Origin: an uncultured delta proteobacterium
GTDB lineage: Bacteria; Desulfobacterota; Syntrophia; Syntrophales; UBA2185
Direction of reading: 5' to 3'
Assembly: GCA_963729715.1 (NCBI GenBank)
Contig: CAVSPA010000007.1
Location: 96,001-160,000, forward strand
DNA: 64,000 nucleotides
Made by a program: the position numbers and the translations under genes. The notes beneath the pieces were generated by a model. The model was not told the DNA's origin. It did no database searches and was given only the letters and a program-made list of their open reading frames with translations. Below are positions 20,968 to 31,135 of the stretch, in pieces; positions within the stretch are counted from its first letter, which is position 1; each line of letters starts with the position of its first letter.

Positions 20968-22260
20968 TTAGACTATCGCGTTAGCGGAACAAAGCGGTAT
21001 GACGTACGGCCCTTCCGGGACAACGGCTACGTGAGGATCGGCATGGGTTCTGACGCTGTCGGCAATGGCCTTTGAGGGTGATGCGATGCTATGTACTGCG
21101 GTCAGTGAGTGTTGATCTTCCGTGAGGCCTTCACTGTAAAGATAGATGTTCGCCTGCTTCATAGCTTTGACGAGCATCTCTGACTGCCACTCGTCGATCG
21201 AGGCAGAGCGTTTCTGCAGAAGTTCTTTGAGAAAACGGTCAGGCCCCAGGCAAATCAATCTCCTTTGCGCCTCTACAAATTCAGGAGACCCCAGACCCCC
21301 GCGACACTCGGAAACGATGATCAGATTTCCTCCGGGTTCCAGGATATCAATCACTCCGACCATTCCTTTCACCGTCTGGTAATAGGTGCCATCAAGGGGA
21401 TGGCCTGCGGAGCTCGTGACAACGGTCTTAAACCTCCGCGGCACTGCGATTTCCGAATAGGGACGCACGAAGGCCACCGCATCGAGATGGCTCGCTTCGA
21501 TATCCCCGAAATTGACAAAGGATATCCGCCGGTCTTCATCGATGACGGTGTTCACTGCGAAAGCCCTTCCCACCAACTTCAAAATATCCAACTGCGCGCC
21601 GTGAATGGGATTGCCTTCCAAAATACAGTTAGCAGCCCGGCAATGCTCTAACATTCGCGCGGAATGGAATACCCTTATCGTGTCTTCATGAGCAACACCC
21701 GGCGCGATTATTTTCCTGCCCCCCGAATAGCCGGCCATGAAATGAGGCTCCACCAGTCCCACGACGATGCGTAAATCGGCGCGCACAAACCGGTGGTCGA
21801 GTTTTACCGGTATGTCACCTGGCAGGGCTCCCAGGGACAGATGGTCTTCGGGATTGCGGGCAAAATGATTGACAACCGGGACTGTCGTAAGCACCCAGTC
21901 GCTGCCTACTACTTCGCGGAGCTCTTCCCCTTCGTTCGGCCTGTGCAGGCCTGTGGCGACAAGCACGGTAATAGCCTGCGGCTTGATACCGGCTCGTATC
22001 AGTTCTTTTACGAGAGTGGGCAAGACGGTCCCGTTGGGCACAGGACGGGTGATGTCACAGATCAGGATGCAGGCGCTCCGGCACTCCCTTGCCTCTTCGA
22101 AGAGCGATTTACATCCCACGGGATTGAGAAGGGCAGACGCCATGGCGCTCTCCGGATCATTCAGCACGGGCATGGAATTTTTGCGGATTACTTCTGCATC
22201 AAGCCCATCGGGAAGATTTAGAGTAAGCCCATTTCTGCCATACCTCATGACGACGCGCAT
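20968..22260 (-). CDS. larA: Nickel-pincer-dependent lactate racemase (LarA) family protein
   Basis: DITRP, ATGLHR, EPHFMAGYSGGRK, downstream His (VFHS) and YQTVKG match LarA catalytic and cofactor residues. Confidence 0.88.
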   Translation of the reverse strand: MRVVMRYGRNGLTLNLPDGLDAEVIRKNSMPVLNDPESAMASALLNPVGCKSLFEEARECRSACILICDITRPVPNGTVLPTLVKELIRAGIKPQAITVLVATGLHRPNEGEELREVVGSDWVLTTVPVVNHFARNPEDHLSLGALPGDIPVKLDHRFVRADLRIVVGLVEPHFMAGYSGGRKIIAPGVAHEDTIRVFHSARMLEHCRAANCILEGNPIHGAQLDILKLVGRAFAVNTVIDEDRRISFVNFGDIEASHLDAVAFVRPYSEIAVPRRFKTVVTSSAGHPLDGTYYQTVKGMVGVIDILEPGGNLIIVSECRGGLGSPEFVEAQRRLICLGPDRFLKELLQKRSASIDEWQSEMLVKAMKQANIYLYSEGLTEDQHSLTAVHSIASPSKAIADSVRTHADPHVAVVPEGPYVIPLCSANAIV

Positions 22261-22286
22261 GATCGTTTCACCCTAACAGGTTATTT

Positions 22287-22991
22287 CTACATGCCCAGGT
22301 AGGCCTGCCTGACGAGATCGGATTTCAAGAGGTCTTCGCCTTTTCCTTCGAGGACGACGCGGCCGCTCTGCAGGACATAGGCGCGGTGCGATATCTGGAG
22401 GGCTTCATGAACATTCTGCTCCACCAAGAGAACTGTGACGCCGTTGCGATTGATGTCCTGCACTATCTCGAAGATTTCCGAAACTAGTTTCGGCCCCAGT
22501 CCGAGCGACGGCTCATCGAGCATCAGCAGCGACGGATGGGACATGAGACCCCGCGCGATGGCCAGCTGCTGCTGTTCTCCGCCGCTAAAGGTATCCGAGC
22601 GCTGCCCTTTTCTCTCCCTCAAGATGGGAAAGATATTGAAGACGCGCTCCATCATGCTCTCTGTCTCTTCCTGCGAGTCCAGGGCATAGGCCCCGAGAAT
22701 GAGGTTATCGAGAACGGAGAGGCGACCGAAGAGCCGCCGTCCTTCGGGAATCATCGAAATCCTTTTCTTCACAATATCGTAAGGGGGCATTTTATGGATC
22801 GGTACGTTGTCGAAAATAATCTCCCCTTTTTCAGGATGCATCAGGCCGGCAATGGTCTTCACGATGGTAGATTTCCCCGCGCCGTTGGAACCTACAAGGC
22901 TGACGATTTCCCCCTTGTCAATCTGAAGAGAGACATCCTGCACGGCCGTAAGGCCCTTATACCCGACGGAAATATTGTTAACAGACAACAC
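22287..22991 (-). CDS. HAAT-family ABC transporter ATP-binding protein (LivF-like)
   Basis: GSNGAGKS, SGGEQQ, LDEPSLGL and LVEQN. Confidence 0.92.
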   Translation of the reverse strand: MLSVNNISVGYKGLTAVQDVSLQIDKGEIVSLVGSNGAGKSTIVKTIAGLMHPEKGEIIFDNVPIHKMPPYDIVKKRISMIPEGRRLFGRLSVLDNLILGAYALDSQEETESMMERVFNIFPILRERKGQRSDTFSGGEQQQLAIARGLMSHPSLLMLDEPSLGLGPKLVSEIFEIVQDINRNGVTVLLVEQNVHEALQISHRAYVLQSGRVVLEGKGEDLLKSDLVRQAYLGM

Positions 22992-23715
22992 GATACTTAT
23001 CCCCTAAATAGGCCTGGATGACTTCCGGGCTGGAGCACACCTCTTTCGGCGCTCCCTCCATGATTTTTTTCCCCGTGTTCAAGACGATAACGCGGTCCGA
23101 TATCTCCATAACGGCTTCCATCACGTGTTCCACGATGACGAGGGTCATACCCTGACTGCGGATCTTCTTAATGAGGTCGATAATCTGCCGCAGTTCAACC
23201 GGGGTGAGCCCGGCCATTGATTCATCGAGCATTAGCAGCTTGGGTTGCGTCGCGAGCGCCATGGAAACCTCAAGGCGCTTCTTATCGGCGATGGTCAATT
23301 CCGTACCCAGGAATGATTTCTTATCAATAAGACCGGTGAATGCTAACATCTCCAGCGCCTTGTCAGTTGCCGGTCCTATTGTGCCGAAGCGGAGGAGCGC
23401 CCCGGTAACTACGTTTTCCAGAACGGTCATGTCGCTGATGACCTGAACGACCTGAAAGGTCCGGGCAATGCCCAGTTTGCAGATCTTATCGGCGCGCATA
23501 CGGTAGATGTCTCTGCCGAAGAATGAAACCTTGCCGCTGCTCGGCTTATAAAAGCCTGTGATGCAGTTGAAGAGGGTGGATTTCCCTGCCCCATTCGGGC
23601 CTATGATGCTGACTATTTCACCTTCTTCAATGAAGAAGTCGATGTCCTGATTCGCCGCCAGACCGCCGAACCATTTCGTCATCCCTTTTACATCCAAACA
23701 GATTGCCTTATTCAT
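22978..23715 (-). CDS. HAAT-family ABC transporter ATP-binding protein (LivG-like)
   Basis: GPNGAGKS, GIARTFQ, VEH and AYLG. Confidence 0.92.
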   Translation of the reverse strand: MNKAICLDVKGMTKWFGGLAANQDIDFFIEEGEIVSIIGPNGAGKSTLFNCITGFYKPSSGKVSFFGRDIYRMRADKICKLGIARTFQVVQVISDMTVLENVVTGALLRFGTIGPATDKALEMLAFTGLIDKKSFLGTELTIADKKRLEVSMALATQPKLLMLDESMAGLTPVELRQIIDLIKKIRSQGMTLVIVEHVMEAVMEISDRVIVLNTGKKIMEGAPKEVCSSPEVIQAYLGDKYRVVC

Positions 23716-24677
23716 TTTATTCTATTCCCTATTCTGGAAAGGAGTCCCCATACGCCCTGCGGCTGGTAGACGGAAATGATGGTTATCAGAAAACCGTAGA
23801 TCAGCATGTCCACACCCGTACCCCTATGACCCAGCCATACACGTGTAACCTCGGCGATCGGAATAAGCACGGCGGCCCCGATGACGGGCCCCATTACGGA
23901 ACCGGCGCCCCCGAGCATGGATAAAAGCACAATCTGAATGGATATTGCCAGCAGCATGACACTCTCCGGATCGATGTAAAGCACATACTGCGCATAAAAG
24001 GTGCCGGCCATGGCGCTCAGAAAGGCGCTGATCATGATCGCTATGAGACGGTAGCGGACAACGTTCACGCCAAGGACTTCCGCCACATCATGACTCTCCT
24101 TGATGGCGCGAAAATAGTAGCCCATTTTCGATGTCGCAACAAAATAGCAGACGATTAGGGCAAGAATCAGAAAGGCCAGCATGATATAGTAGTAGGGCAC
24201 CTTCGAGCTGTGGAACATGAAATTGACGAAGGATTCGTCGAGCATTGGGAGAGATATCCCCTCGGCGGCATTTACCAGTGTCCAGTTATTGAAATGGACT
24301 CTTACAATTTCGGCAAACGCAATGCTCGCAATGGCGAAATAATGGCCGCGCAGATTGGAGCAGGGATAGCCGATTGTGGCGGCAACGAGCGCTGCTACCA
24401 CACCTCCCGCAATCAGCCCGATCCAGGGATTCACATGGAACGTCATCAGCAGAAAGGAAGAGGTATAGGCGCCGATCCCGAAAAAGGCCGCCTGGCCGAA
24501 GGAGAACATGCCGGCATAACCGCCCATGATGTTCCAGGCCACGCCCAGCATGGCATACATGAACACGAGGATCATGACCTGCAACGGAAATATCTGTGTC
24601 ACCACCATCGGGAAGATGAGGAGCAGAAACAGGACTGTCAGCCCGACCGTCATTGTCTTAGGGGATAGGTTCTTCAT
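23712..24677 (-). CDS. HAAT-family ABC transporter permease (LivM-like)
   Basis: GYAGMFSFGQAAFFGIGAY, LRGHYFAIA and LGGAGS. Confidence 0.9.
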   Translation of the reverse strand: MKNLSPKTMTVGLTVLFLLLIFPMVVTQIFPLQVMILVFMYAMLGVAWNIMGGYAGMFSFGQAAFFGIGAYTSSFLLMTFHVNPWIGLIAGGVVAALVAATIGYPCSNLRGHYFAIASIAFAEIVRVHFNNWTLVNAAEGISLPMLDESFVNFMFHSSKVPYYYIMLAFLILALIVCYFVATSKMGYYFRAIKESHDVAEVLGVNVVRYRLIAIMISAFLSAMAGTFYAQYVLYIDPESVMLLAISIQIVLLSMLGGAGSVMGPVIGAAVLIPIAEVTRVWLGHRGTGVDMLIYGFLITIISVYQPQGVWGLLSRIGNRIK

Positions 24678-24680
24678 ACA

Positions 24681-25541
24681 TTACCACCCTAAGAGCCCCT
24701 GCGGCCTGATCCAGATTGTGATTAAGTAGATCATAAAAACGATGGCATATTTATATGCCGGATCAAAGAAAAAACCGCCCAGTGTCTGCGCCAGCCCGAC
24801 CAGAACACCAGCGATGAAGGCCCCTTCTATGCTTCCGAAACCTCCCAGGGCAACAATGGAAAAAGCTATGAGTCCGAAAAGACCACCCACCTGGGGATAG
24901 ATATAATAATAAGTGGATAAGAATGCGCCAGCCACTCCCACGAGAGCGGCGCCTATGCCGAAGGACAGGGAGTTGATGCGCTCAGTATTTATGCCCATCA
25001 GCAACGCTGCTTCCCTGTCCATTTCCGTGGCCAGAATCGCTTTGCCGGTCTTCGACTTTCTCAGGAACAGGAAAAGACATAACGAAGTGATTATGCTCCC
25101 GATCGATGCGACTGTTTTGGGAATGCTCAGTTTGACCTCCCCGAAGTCCCATGTTCCCTGAAGGATAGTCGGGGGAATGAGGCGGAAATCCGGTGTCCAG
25201 AGGTAAACGGCGAGGTTGGAAAGGAAGATGCTGACGCCGAAGGTGACGACCAGTTGTGCGAGCATCGGTCCTTTCATCACTTTGCTCACGATGAAACGGT
25301 AGATAAACATCCCCATCAAAAAAAGGAGAAGAAAACATATCGGTATGGAAAAGAGGGGGTCCAGACCATACATGGTGAATAGCCAGAAGGAGGTAAACAT
25401 CCCGATCATCAGGAATTCACCGTGAGCAAAATTGACGATATTCATGACGCCCCAGATAAGGCTGAGGCCGATGGCAATCAGGGAATACATGAAACCTATC
25501 AACAAACCGTTGACGATCTGTTGGAGTAATTGCTCAGGCAT
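24681..25541 (-). CDS. HAAT-family ABC transporter permease (LivH-like)
   Basis: VNFAHGE, LGGFGS and RPQGLLG. Confidence 0.9.
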   Translation of the reverse strand: MPEQLLQQIVNGLLIGFMYSLIAIGLSLIWGVMNIVNFAHGEFLMIGMFTSFWLFTMYGLDPLFSIPICFLLLFLMGMFIYRFIVSKVMKGPMLAQLVVTFGVSIFLSNLAVYLWTPDFRLIPPTILQGTWDFGEVKLSIPKTVASIGSIITSLCLFLFLRKSKTGKAILATEMDREAALLMGINTERINSLSFGIGAALVGVAGAFLSTYYYIYPQVGGLFGLIAFSIVALGGFGSIEGAFIAGVLVGLAQTLGGFFFDPAYKYAIVFMIYLITIWIRPQGLLGW

Positions 25542-25559
25542 ATATCGATCCTTGCAAGC

Positions 25560-25602
25560 ACACTGACAGGCGGGCTTGGAAAGAAAACCCGCCTGTCAGT
25601 GT
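25560..25602 (-). other. 15-bp-stem hairpin between binding-protein and permease genes
   Basis: ACACTGACAGGCGGG...CCCGCCTGTCAGTGT with no U tract; typical of an mRNA-stabilising or attenuating stem. Confidence 0.6.
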
Positions 25603-25617
25603 CCCATACTGTGTTGA

Positions 25618-26886
25618 TTATTTTTTGCCTTTCCATCCAGGGAAGGGCCAGACGACATCCTTAGCGGCCGATGCAAACGGCCAGATGGTTACATACTGCT
25701 GGTTCTGAACCTGCACCAACCCACCCTGGGCGTAGATGTTCTGGTGCGACTGGGGATCGAACTTGATCCCCTTCCATGGATAGATTACCTGGCTGCCCGG
25801 GATGTTCGTCTCCAGGAGCGCTTTCACGACAGCTTCGCTGTTGGTGGATCTCGCCCTGTTGAAGGCATCCGCCAGAACAAAGGGGGCCATGAAACTGCGG
25901 GCCGCGTTTTCGCTCATATCTATGCCGTATTTCTTTTTGAAAAGCTGACTCACTTTTGTCACGAGTGGTTTCTTCTTGCCAAGGTCCAATGCAAAGGTCG
26001 AACGGACAATGATATTATTGCCGTCCGCTTTCACAGCCGGCAGATAACCAGGCTCGATGTAACCGGCCATGGTCAGGATGCCTTTCGGTGCGAAGCCCAT
26101 TTCCTTAAAGGTCTTGGTGAAGAGGATGGCGTCAGTGATATAGGAGGCATGCATCAATACATCGGGTTTGCTCTTAATCAGATTACCCACTTCACTTGTC
26201 ACGTCAGTGGCGTTCGCTGCATAGGAGATATCCGCCACGACTTTATAGCCAAATTCCTCTGCGTATTTCCTCGCATATTTACCCACATTGGAACCGAACT
26301 CCGTATTTTCATAGAGGATGGCGACGGTCGCAATCTTCTTGCCCTTTTTTTTCTCCACGTCTTTCAGGAACTGGAACCAGTCCCTAGCAAAGATTGCATC
26401 ATGGGGACTGACCCGGAAGAAGTATTTGAAATTTCGTTCCGTCAGCGTTGGTGATGAAGAATCGGAACAGACGTAAGGCACTTTGAGTCTTTCCGTAGCC
26501 TGACTGGCGGTCTTGGTAACCGAGCTCTGATAGGCGCCGATAATGGCGACGACCTTCTCCTGAGTAATCAATCTTTCGGTCTCGGACATGCCATTTTTCG
26601 GCTCACCCTTGGTGTCGGCGTAGACGACCTCCAGCTTGGCCCCTCCCAGATTGGGAAGGCCGCCGGTTTTCGCCATAGGCAGATCGAGTTCTTTGCCGTA
26701 TTTGCCGTTGATGATATCCACAGCAAGATCAACGCCTCTCTTGCAATCGAGCCCTGTCGAGGCGATATTCCCGCTCAGAGGATAGACGCCCCCGATCTTG
26801 ATGACGCCCTGCGCCAGCACCGGTGCTGAAAAGACCAGAAGCAGAGACATGGACAAGCAGATTGTAATCCAACTCTTCGCCTTCAT
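25618..26886 (-). CDS. HAAT-family ABC transporter substrate-binding protein
   Basis: RBS AGGAGG before ATG 26886; signal peptide ending VLA; IKIGGVYPLSG, GAYQSS and ENTEFG. Confidence 0.9.
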   Translation of the reverse strand: MKAKSWITICLSMSLLLVFSAPVLAQGVIKIGGVYPLSGNIASTGLDCKRGVDLAVDIINGKYGKELDLPMAKTGGLPNLGGAKLEVVYADTKGEPKNGMSETERLITQEKVVAIIGAYQSSVTKTASQATERLKVPYVCSDSSSPTLTERNFKYFFRVSPHDAIFARDWFQFLKDVEKKKGKKIATVAILYENTEFGSNVGKYARKYAEEFGYKVVADISYAANATDVTSEVGNLIKSKPDVLMHASYITDAILFTKTFKEMGFAPKGILTMAGYIEPGYLPAVKADGNNIIVRSTFALDLGKKKPLVTKVSQLFKKKYGIDMSENAARSFMAPFVLADAFNRARSTNSEAVVKALLETNIPGSQVIYPWKGIKFDPQSHQNIYAQGGLVQVQNQQYVTIWPFASAAKDVVWPFPGWKGKK

Positions 26887-27048
26887 CGTGATACCTCCTT
26901 TTTGAATATGATTGTTCATGATTTCATCGATGCCTAAACATTTTCCGCATCGTTACACCTTGAAGACAAGGCGCATAAATATTAAGAGGTTAGGCGTACA
27001 GACATATGCCCTATGCAACACAAGTCTCGCTTCTCTAACATAAAAGAT

Positions 27049-28374
27049 TCAGTCGAGCAAGATGATTTGCAGGTCCATCACATTTGTGCCTGTGGGACCC
27101 GTGATAAAGAGGCCACCTGCTGCCTTGAAGAAATGATAGGAGTCATTATTCTTCAAATAATCATCCGGGTTGATTCCGGCACCCTCCGCTCTCTCAATGG
27201 TACCGCCGTCAACAATGGCGCCTGCAGCGTCTGTGGGACCGTCCGTACCATCGGTGCCTGCGGAAAGAAGGGTTATGCCCTGCATGCCTCTAATCTCTTG
27301 CCCAAAGGCGAGGGCCAGTTCCGTATTTCTTCCCCCCAAGCCCTTTCCCCGCACAGTCACAGTTGTCTCCCCGCCGGAGATGAGACAGATCTTTATCTGA
27401 GGCCTTCCGGCCAATCCCCGGCGCGCTTCGATTGCTTTGCGGGCAAGCCAGGCGGCTACGTCTCTTGCCTCACCCTGCAGATCCGCGGAGATGACTTCTG
27501 TCTGATACCCGCGGCCTTCGGCTTCTCTTTTCGCCGTTTCAATCGCTTTCTTGTTGCTTCCTACTATGACGTTTTGCACCCGCGTAAAAACAGGATTCCC
27601 TTCTTTCGGGGTCTCGGGGATTTTCCCTGCAGCGCCGCGGAAAAAGATGAGGCGGGCTTTTTCAGGGATCTTATTTCCCAGGTCATAGCGTTTGATGACC
27701 TTCAGGGCGTCCTCAAAGGTCGTCTGATCAGGTGATGTCGGACCGGAGGCGATCACATCCAGCGGGTCGCCTATGACATCCGAAAGAATCAAGGAAAGAA
27801 CTCCCGCCGGATAGGCGATTTCGGCGAGTCTCCCGCCCTTGATCCGTGAGAGATGTTTCCTTACTGTATTCAGTTCCTGGATATTGGCACCGGCCTTGAG
27901 CAGTAACTGTGTGATCTCTTGCTTTTCGGCCAAGGAAATATCCTTGTGCGGAGCAACCAGTAAGGCAGAGCCGCCGCCGGAGATGAGACAAACGACGAGT
28001 GTCGCACTGTCCGCTTCTTCGAGAAGTCCGATGACCCTTTCCGTTGCCAGGACACCCGGAAGGTCCGGAACGGGATGGGCCGCCTCGTATACCTCGATCT
28101 TACGGGAGACTCCTCCCTCCTGCACATGGCCGTACTTGGTAATCATGATCCCTTTCGTCAGAAGATCATCCGCTAAATCGGATACGGCCTTTGTCATCGG
28201 ATATGCCGCCTTGCCGAAACTGACGAGGTAAAGTTTCCCGTAGTTCCCTTCACGATAGATCGAGCGGATCTCTTCGATACGCTCTTTGATGAGACCATAA
28301 GGATCAATCGCTTTCAATACTGCATGAAAGATGTCCGCGGTTATCCTTTGACTGCGATTATTTTTCATAGACAT
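27049..28374 (-). CDS. Glycerate kinase type 2 (MOFRL/DUF4147; TtuD/GckA-like)
   Basis: FGKAA, HPVPD, ISGGGSAL, SGGETTV, GGRN, GTDGTDG and TGPTGTNVMD. Confidence 0.92.
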   Translation of the reverse strand: MSMKNNRSQRITADIFHAVLKAIDPYGLIKERIEEIRSIYREGNYGKLYLVSFGKAAYPMTKAVSDLADDLLTKGIMITKYGHVQEGGVSRKIEVYEAAHPVPDLPGVLATERVIGLLEEADSATLVVCLISGGGSALLVAPHKDISLAEKQEITQLLLKAGANIQELNTVRKHLSRIKGGRLAEIAYPAGVLSLILSDVIGDPLDVIASGPTSPDQTTFEDALKVIKRYDLGNKIPEKARLIFFRGAAGKIPETPKEGNPVFTRVQNVIVGSNKKAIETAKREAEGRGYQTEVISADLQGEARDVAAWLARKAIEARRGLAGRPQIKICLISGGETTVTVRGKGLGGRNTELALAFGQEIRGMQGITLLSAGTDGTDGPTDAAGAIVDGGTIERAEGAGINPDDYLKNNDSYHFFKAAGGLFITGPTGTNVMDLQIILLD

Positions 28375-28570
28375 GGAACCCTTCGCGGGACTTTGACAGA
28401 AAATGACTAATGCGAAAATATCGTTTATGTTTACGATAACCGATAAACTTCGTCAATTTGTTTTTTATCTGATGAATTTTTTTCCAATTTGATTATAATA
28501 GCTTCGTCCTGTATGTATCCTGTGAAGCAGCCACAGGCAGAAAAATGTCGCAAGAAAAGAAGGACAGACG

Positions 28571-29734
28571 ATGAAATTCATGGGCTACCGCCGCACCGGC
28601 GGAACCGTAGGCATCAGGAATCATGTGATCATCATTCCATCCGTAGTTTGTGCAAACCGCGTGGCCAGGGGAATATCCCAGCTTGTAACGGGCACCACAT
28701 GGGTCGAACACCAGCACGGATGTACGCAGCTGGGGGCCGATGCCGCGTTAACTAGGCGGGTTCTCGTTGCCCACGGGACACATCCCAACGTTTACGGCGT
28801 CGTGGTAGTCGGTCTCGGTTGTGAAACTTTGCGCGCGCAGGATATGGCTGCGGAAATAAGAGATATATGCCCCGATAAGCCGGTCCATCTCGTGATCATC
28901 CAAGATGAGGGTGGGTCTATTGGGGCGGTAGCGGCAGGGGCGAGCGCCGCACGCGAAATGGTCGGTGGCGCCTCTTCCATGGAACGCACGCCAAGCGACG
29001 TCTCCGAGATCATCCTGGGAACCGAATGCGGGGGATCAGATGCCTGCTCCGGTATTTCAGCCAATCCGGCGCTGGGTGTCGCCTGCGATCTATTGATCGA
29101 CGCCGGCGGAAGCGTCATCCTCGCTGAGACGACAGAACTTATCGGCGCCGAGCATCTCATCGCTTCACGGGCCGTGAGCGAGCATGTTGCAGCCCGCTGT
29201 TATGAAGTAATAAGAAGATGTGAAGATTTGGCAAAGGCCATGGGAGTGGACATGCGGGGCGGACAGCCCACGCCGGGAAATATGGAAGGCGGCCTGTCAT
29301 CGATCGAAGAAAAATCCCTCGGCTGTATCTACAAGGCGGGTACGAAACCCCTCCAAGATGTCATAGACTATGCCATGCCCGTCACGAAAAAAGGGCTTAT
29401 CTGGATGGATACGCCGGGACAGGATATCGAACAGCTCACGGGGATGGTCGCCGGCGGCTGCCACATCGTTGTCTTTACGACAGGGCGCGGCACCTGCTGC
29501 GGCTCGCCGATTGCGCCGGCCATCAAAGTGGCGACGAACACGGCGATTTTTGAGAAGATGAAAGACAACATGGACATGAACGCAGGCACCATTATCACTG
29601 GCCACGAATCGATTCGGGAGGCAGGTAGACGTATTTTTGCGGAAGTTGTGCAGGTCGCCTCGGGTAAGCTGGTCAGGGCGGAGAGCCTGGGCTTCAATGA
29701 TTTTGCCATCAAGCGTATCGGACCGTCGATGTAA
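28571..29734 (+). CDS. UxaA/GarD/SuyB-family dehydratase or lyase, large (catalytic) subunit
   Basis: GIRNHV, HQHGC, GLGCE, ECGGSD, GNMEGGLSSIEEKSLG and FTTGRG. Confidence 0.9.
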   Translation: MKFMGYRRTGGTVGIRNHVIIIPSVVCANRVARGISQLVTGTTWVEHQHGCTQLGADAALTRRVLVAHGTHPNVYGVVVVGLGCETLRAQDMAAEIRDICPDKPVHLVIIQDEGGSIGAVAAGASAAREMVGGASSMERTPSDVSEIILGTECGGSDACSGISANPALGVACDLLIDAGGSVILAETTELIGAEHLIASRAVSEHVAARCYEVIRRCEDLAKAMGVDMRGGQPTPGNMEGGLSSIEEKSLGCIYKAGTKPLQDVIDYAMPVTKKGLIWMDTPGQDIEQLTGMVAGGCHIVVFTTGRGTCCGSPIAPAIKVATNTAIFEKMKDNMDMNAGTIITGHESIREAGRRIFAEVVQVASGKLVRAESLGFNDFAIKRIGPSM

Positions 29735-29807
29735 AGAGGAAAACAGCAAAAAAGTTCAGGGAAGCTAGCAAATCACAATTGAAGAAAACTGCTCAAGGTG
29801 TTAGATC

Positions 29808-30098
29808 ATGGCGATGAAAAAAGCGATTGTGATGGAAGAAAGTGACAATGTGGCAACCGTCGTGGAACCCATCGATGCCCCAGGAGAGGTAGTTGTGGAA
29901 GCGGCAGGTGGCAGAATCACTGTGCGTATTTCCGACAACATCCCCTTCGGTCACAAATTCGCCATTCGAGATATTCCGGAGGGCAGCTTCATTCTTAAGT
30001 ACGGCGAGCCTATCGGCGTCGCCCGCATAGACATTAAAGCCGGGCAGCATGTACATGTTCACAACCTGGAGAGCAAGCGGGGACGTGGTGATCAGTAA
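29808..30098 (+). CDS. SAF-domain small subunit of UxaA/SuyA type
   Basis: DNVAT, IPFGHKFA, KYGEPIG and HVHVHN. Confidence 0.9.
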   Translation: MAMKKAIVMEESDNVATVVEPIDAPGEVVVEAAGGRITVRISDNIPFGHKFAIRDIPEGSFILKYGEPIGVARIDIKAGQHVHVHNLESKRGRGDQ

Positions 30099-30131
30099 GT
30101 ATAAGTATATAACAGAACAAAGGAGCGAGCG

Positions 30132-31007
30132 ATGAAGAAAATCGGTTGGATCGGCACAGGTGTCATGGGGAAATCCATGTGCATACATATTCTGAAAAAG
30201 GGCTATGCTCTTTCCGTGTATAATCGGACGAGAGAAAAAGCGGGAGAGCTGTGCAGCCAGGGCGCCAGTTGGCTCGCCACTCCCGGAGATGTGGCGGCAG
30301 CAAGCGACGTAACATTCACGATGGTCGGCGAACCGGCAGATGTAGAGCAGGTGATCCTGGGAAAGGGAGGGGTGCTGGAGCGGAGCCGTCCGGGATCGGT
30401 TATTGTGGATATGACTACGTCCGAGCCGTCCCTGGCCCGCCGGATTTATGAAGAAGCAAAAGGCAAGTCCGTTTCGTCGCTCGATGCCCCTGTCTCCGGA
30501 GGTGATGTCGGAGCACGGGAGGGCACGCTAGCGATCATGGCAGGCGGGGATGAAGAGGCCTTCAAGCAGGTGCTGCCTGTCTTTGAACTGATGGGCAAAA
30601 ATATAGCTTACATGGGCGGACCGGGCATGGGACAGCACACCAAGATGAGCAACCAGATCGTTATCGCTGCCGCTATGGTCGGTGTTGTGGAATCACTTCT
30701 CTATGCCCGCAGGGCCGGATTGGACCTCGACGCTGTCATCGATATCATCGGCAAGGGGGCGGCCTCCTCCTGGTCTCTCAACCAGCTCGGGCGGAGGATC
30801 GTAAAGGGCGACTTCGCCCCCGGCTTTTACATCCGCCATTTTGTCAAGGATATGGGTATCGCCCTTCTGGAAGCGCGGAGGATGAAGCTGTCTCTTCCCG
30901 GCCTGGCGCTGGCAAACCAATTCTACACCGCCGCTATGGCGGAGGGACTGGAGACGGAAGGCACACAGGCCCTTTACAAGGTGCTGGACAGACTGAACCG
31001 TCCCTGA
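30132..31007 (+). CDS. NAD(P)-dependent beta-hydroxyacid dehydrogenase (tartronate semialdehyde reductase/3-hydroxyisobutyrate dehydrogenase family)
   Basis: GWIGTGVMG, DAPVSGGD, catalytic Lys in TKMSNQ and KDMGIAL. Confidence 0.9.
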   Translation: MKKIGWIGTGVMGKSMCIHILKKGYALSVYNRTREKAGELCSQGASWLATPGDVAAASDVTFTMVGEPADVEQVILGKGGVLERSRPGSVIVDMTTSEPSLARRIYEEAKGKSVSSLDAPVSGGDVGAREGTLAIMAGGDEEAFKQVLPVFELMGKNIAYMGGPGMGQHTKMSNQIVIAAAMVGVVESLLYARRAGLDLDAVIDIIGKGAASSWSLNQLGRRIVKGDFAPGFYIRHFVKDMGIALLEARRMKLSLPGLALANQFYTAAMAEGLETEGTQALYKVLDRLNRP

Positions 31008-31135
31008 CCGTGCTTATTACAATTGCAGACTTTGATTTGTTTTCCATCCACAAGAAAGAAGAAAGGCCTTGGGCAGAAACAATTTTGTTCATGGCTTTCT
31101 TTAGAATGCCAGACTAAAAGGACAAGGAGGACCTG

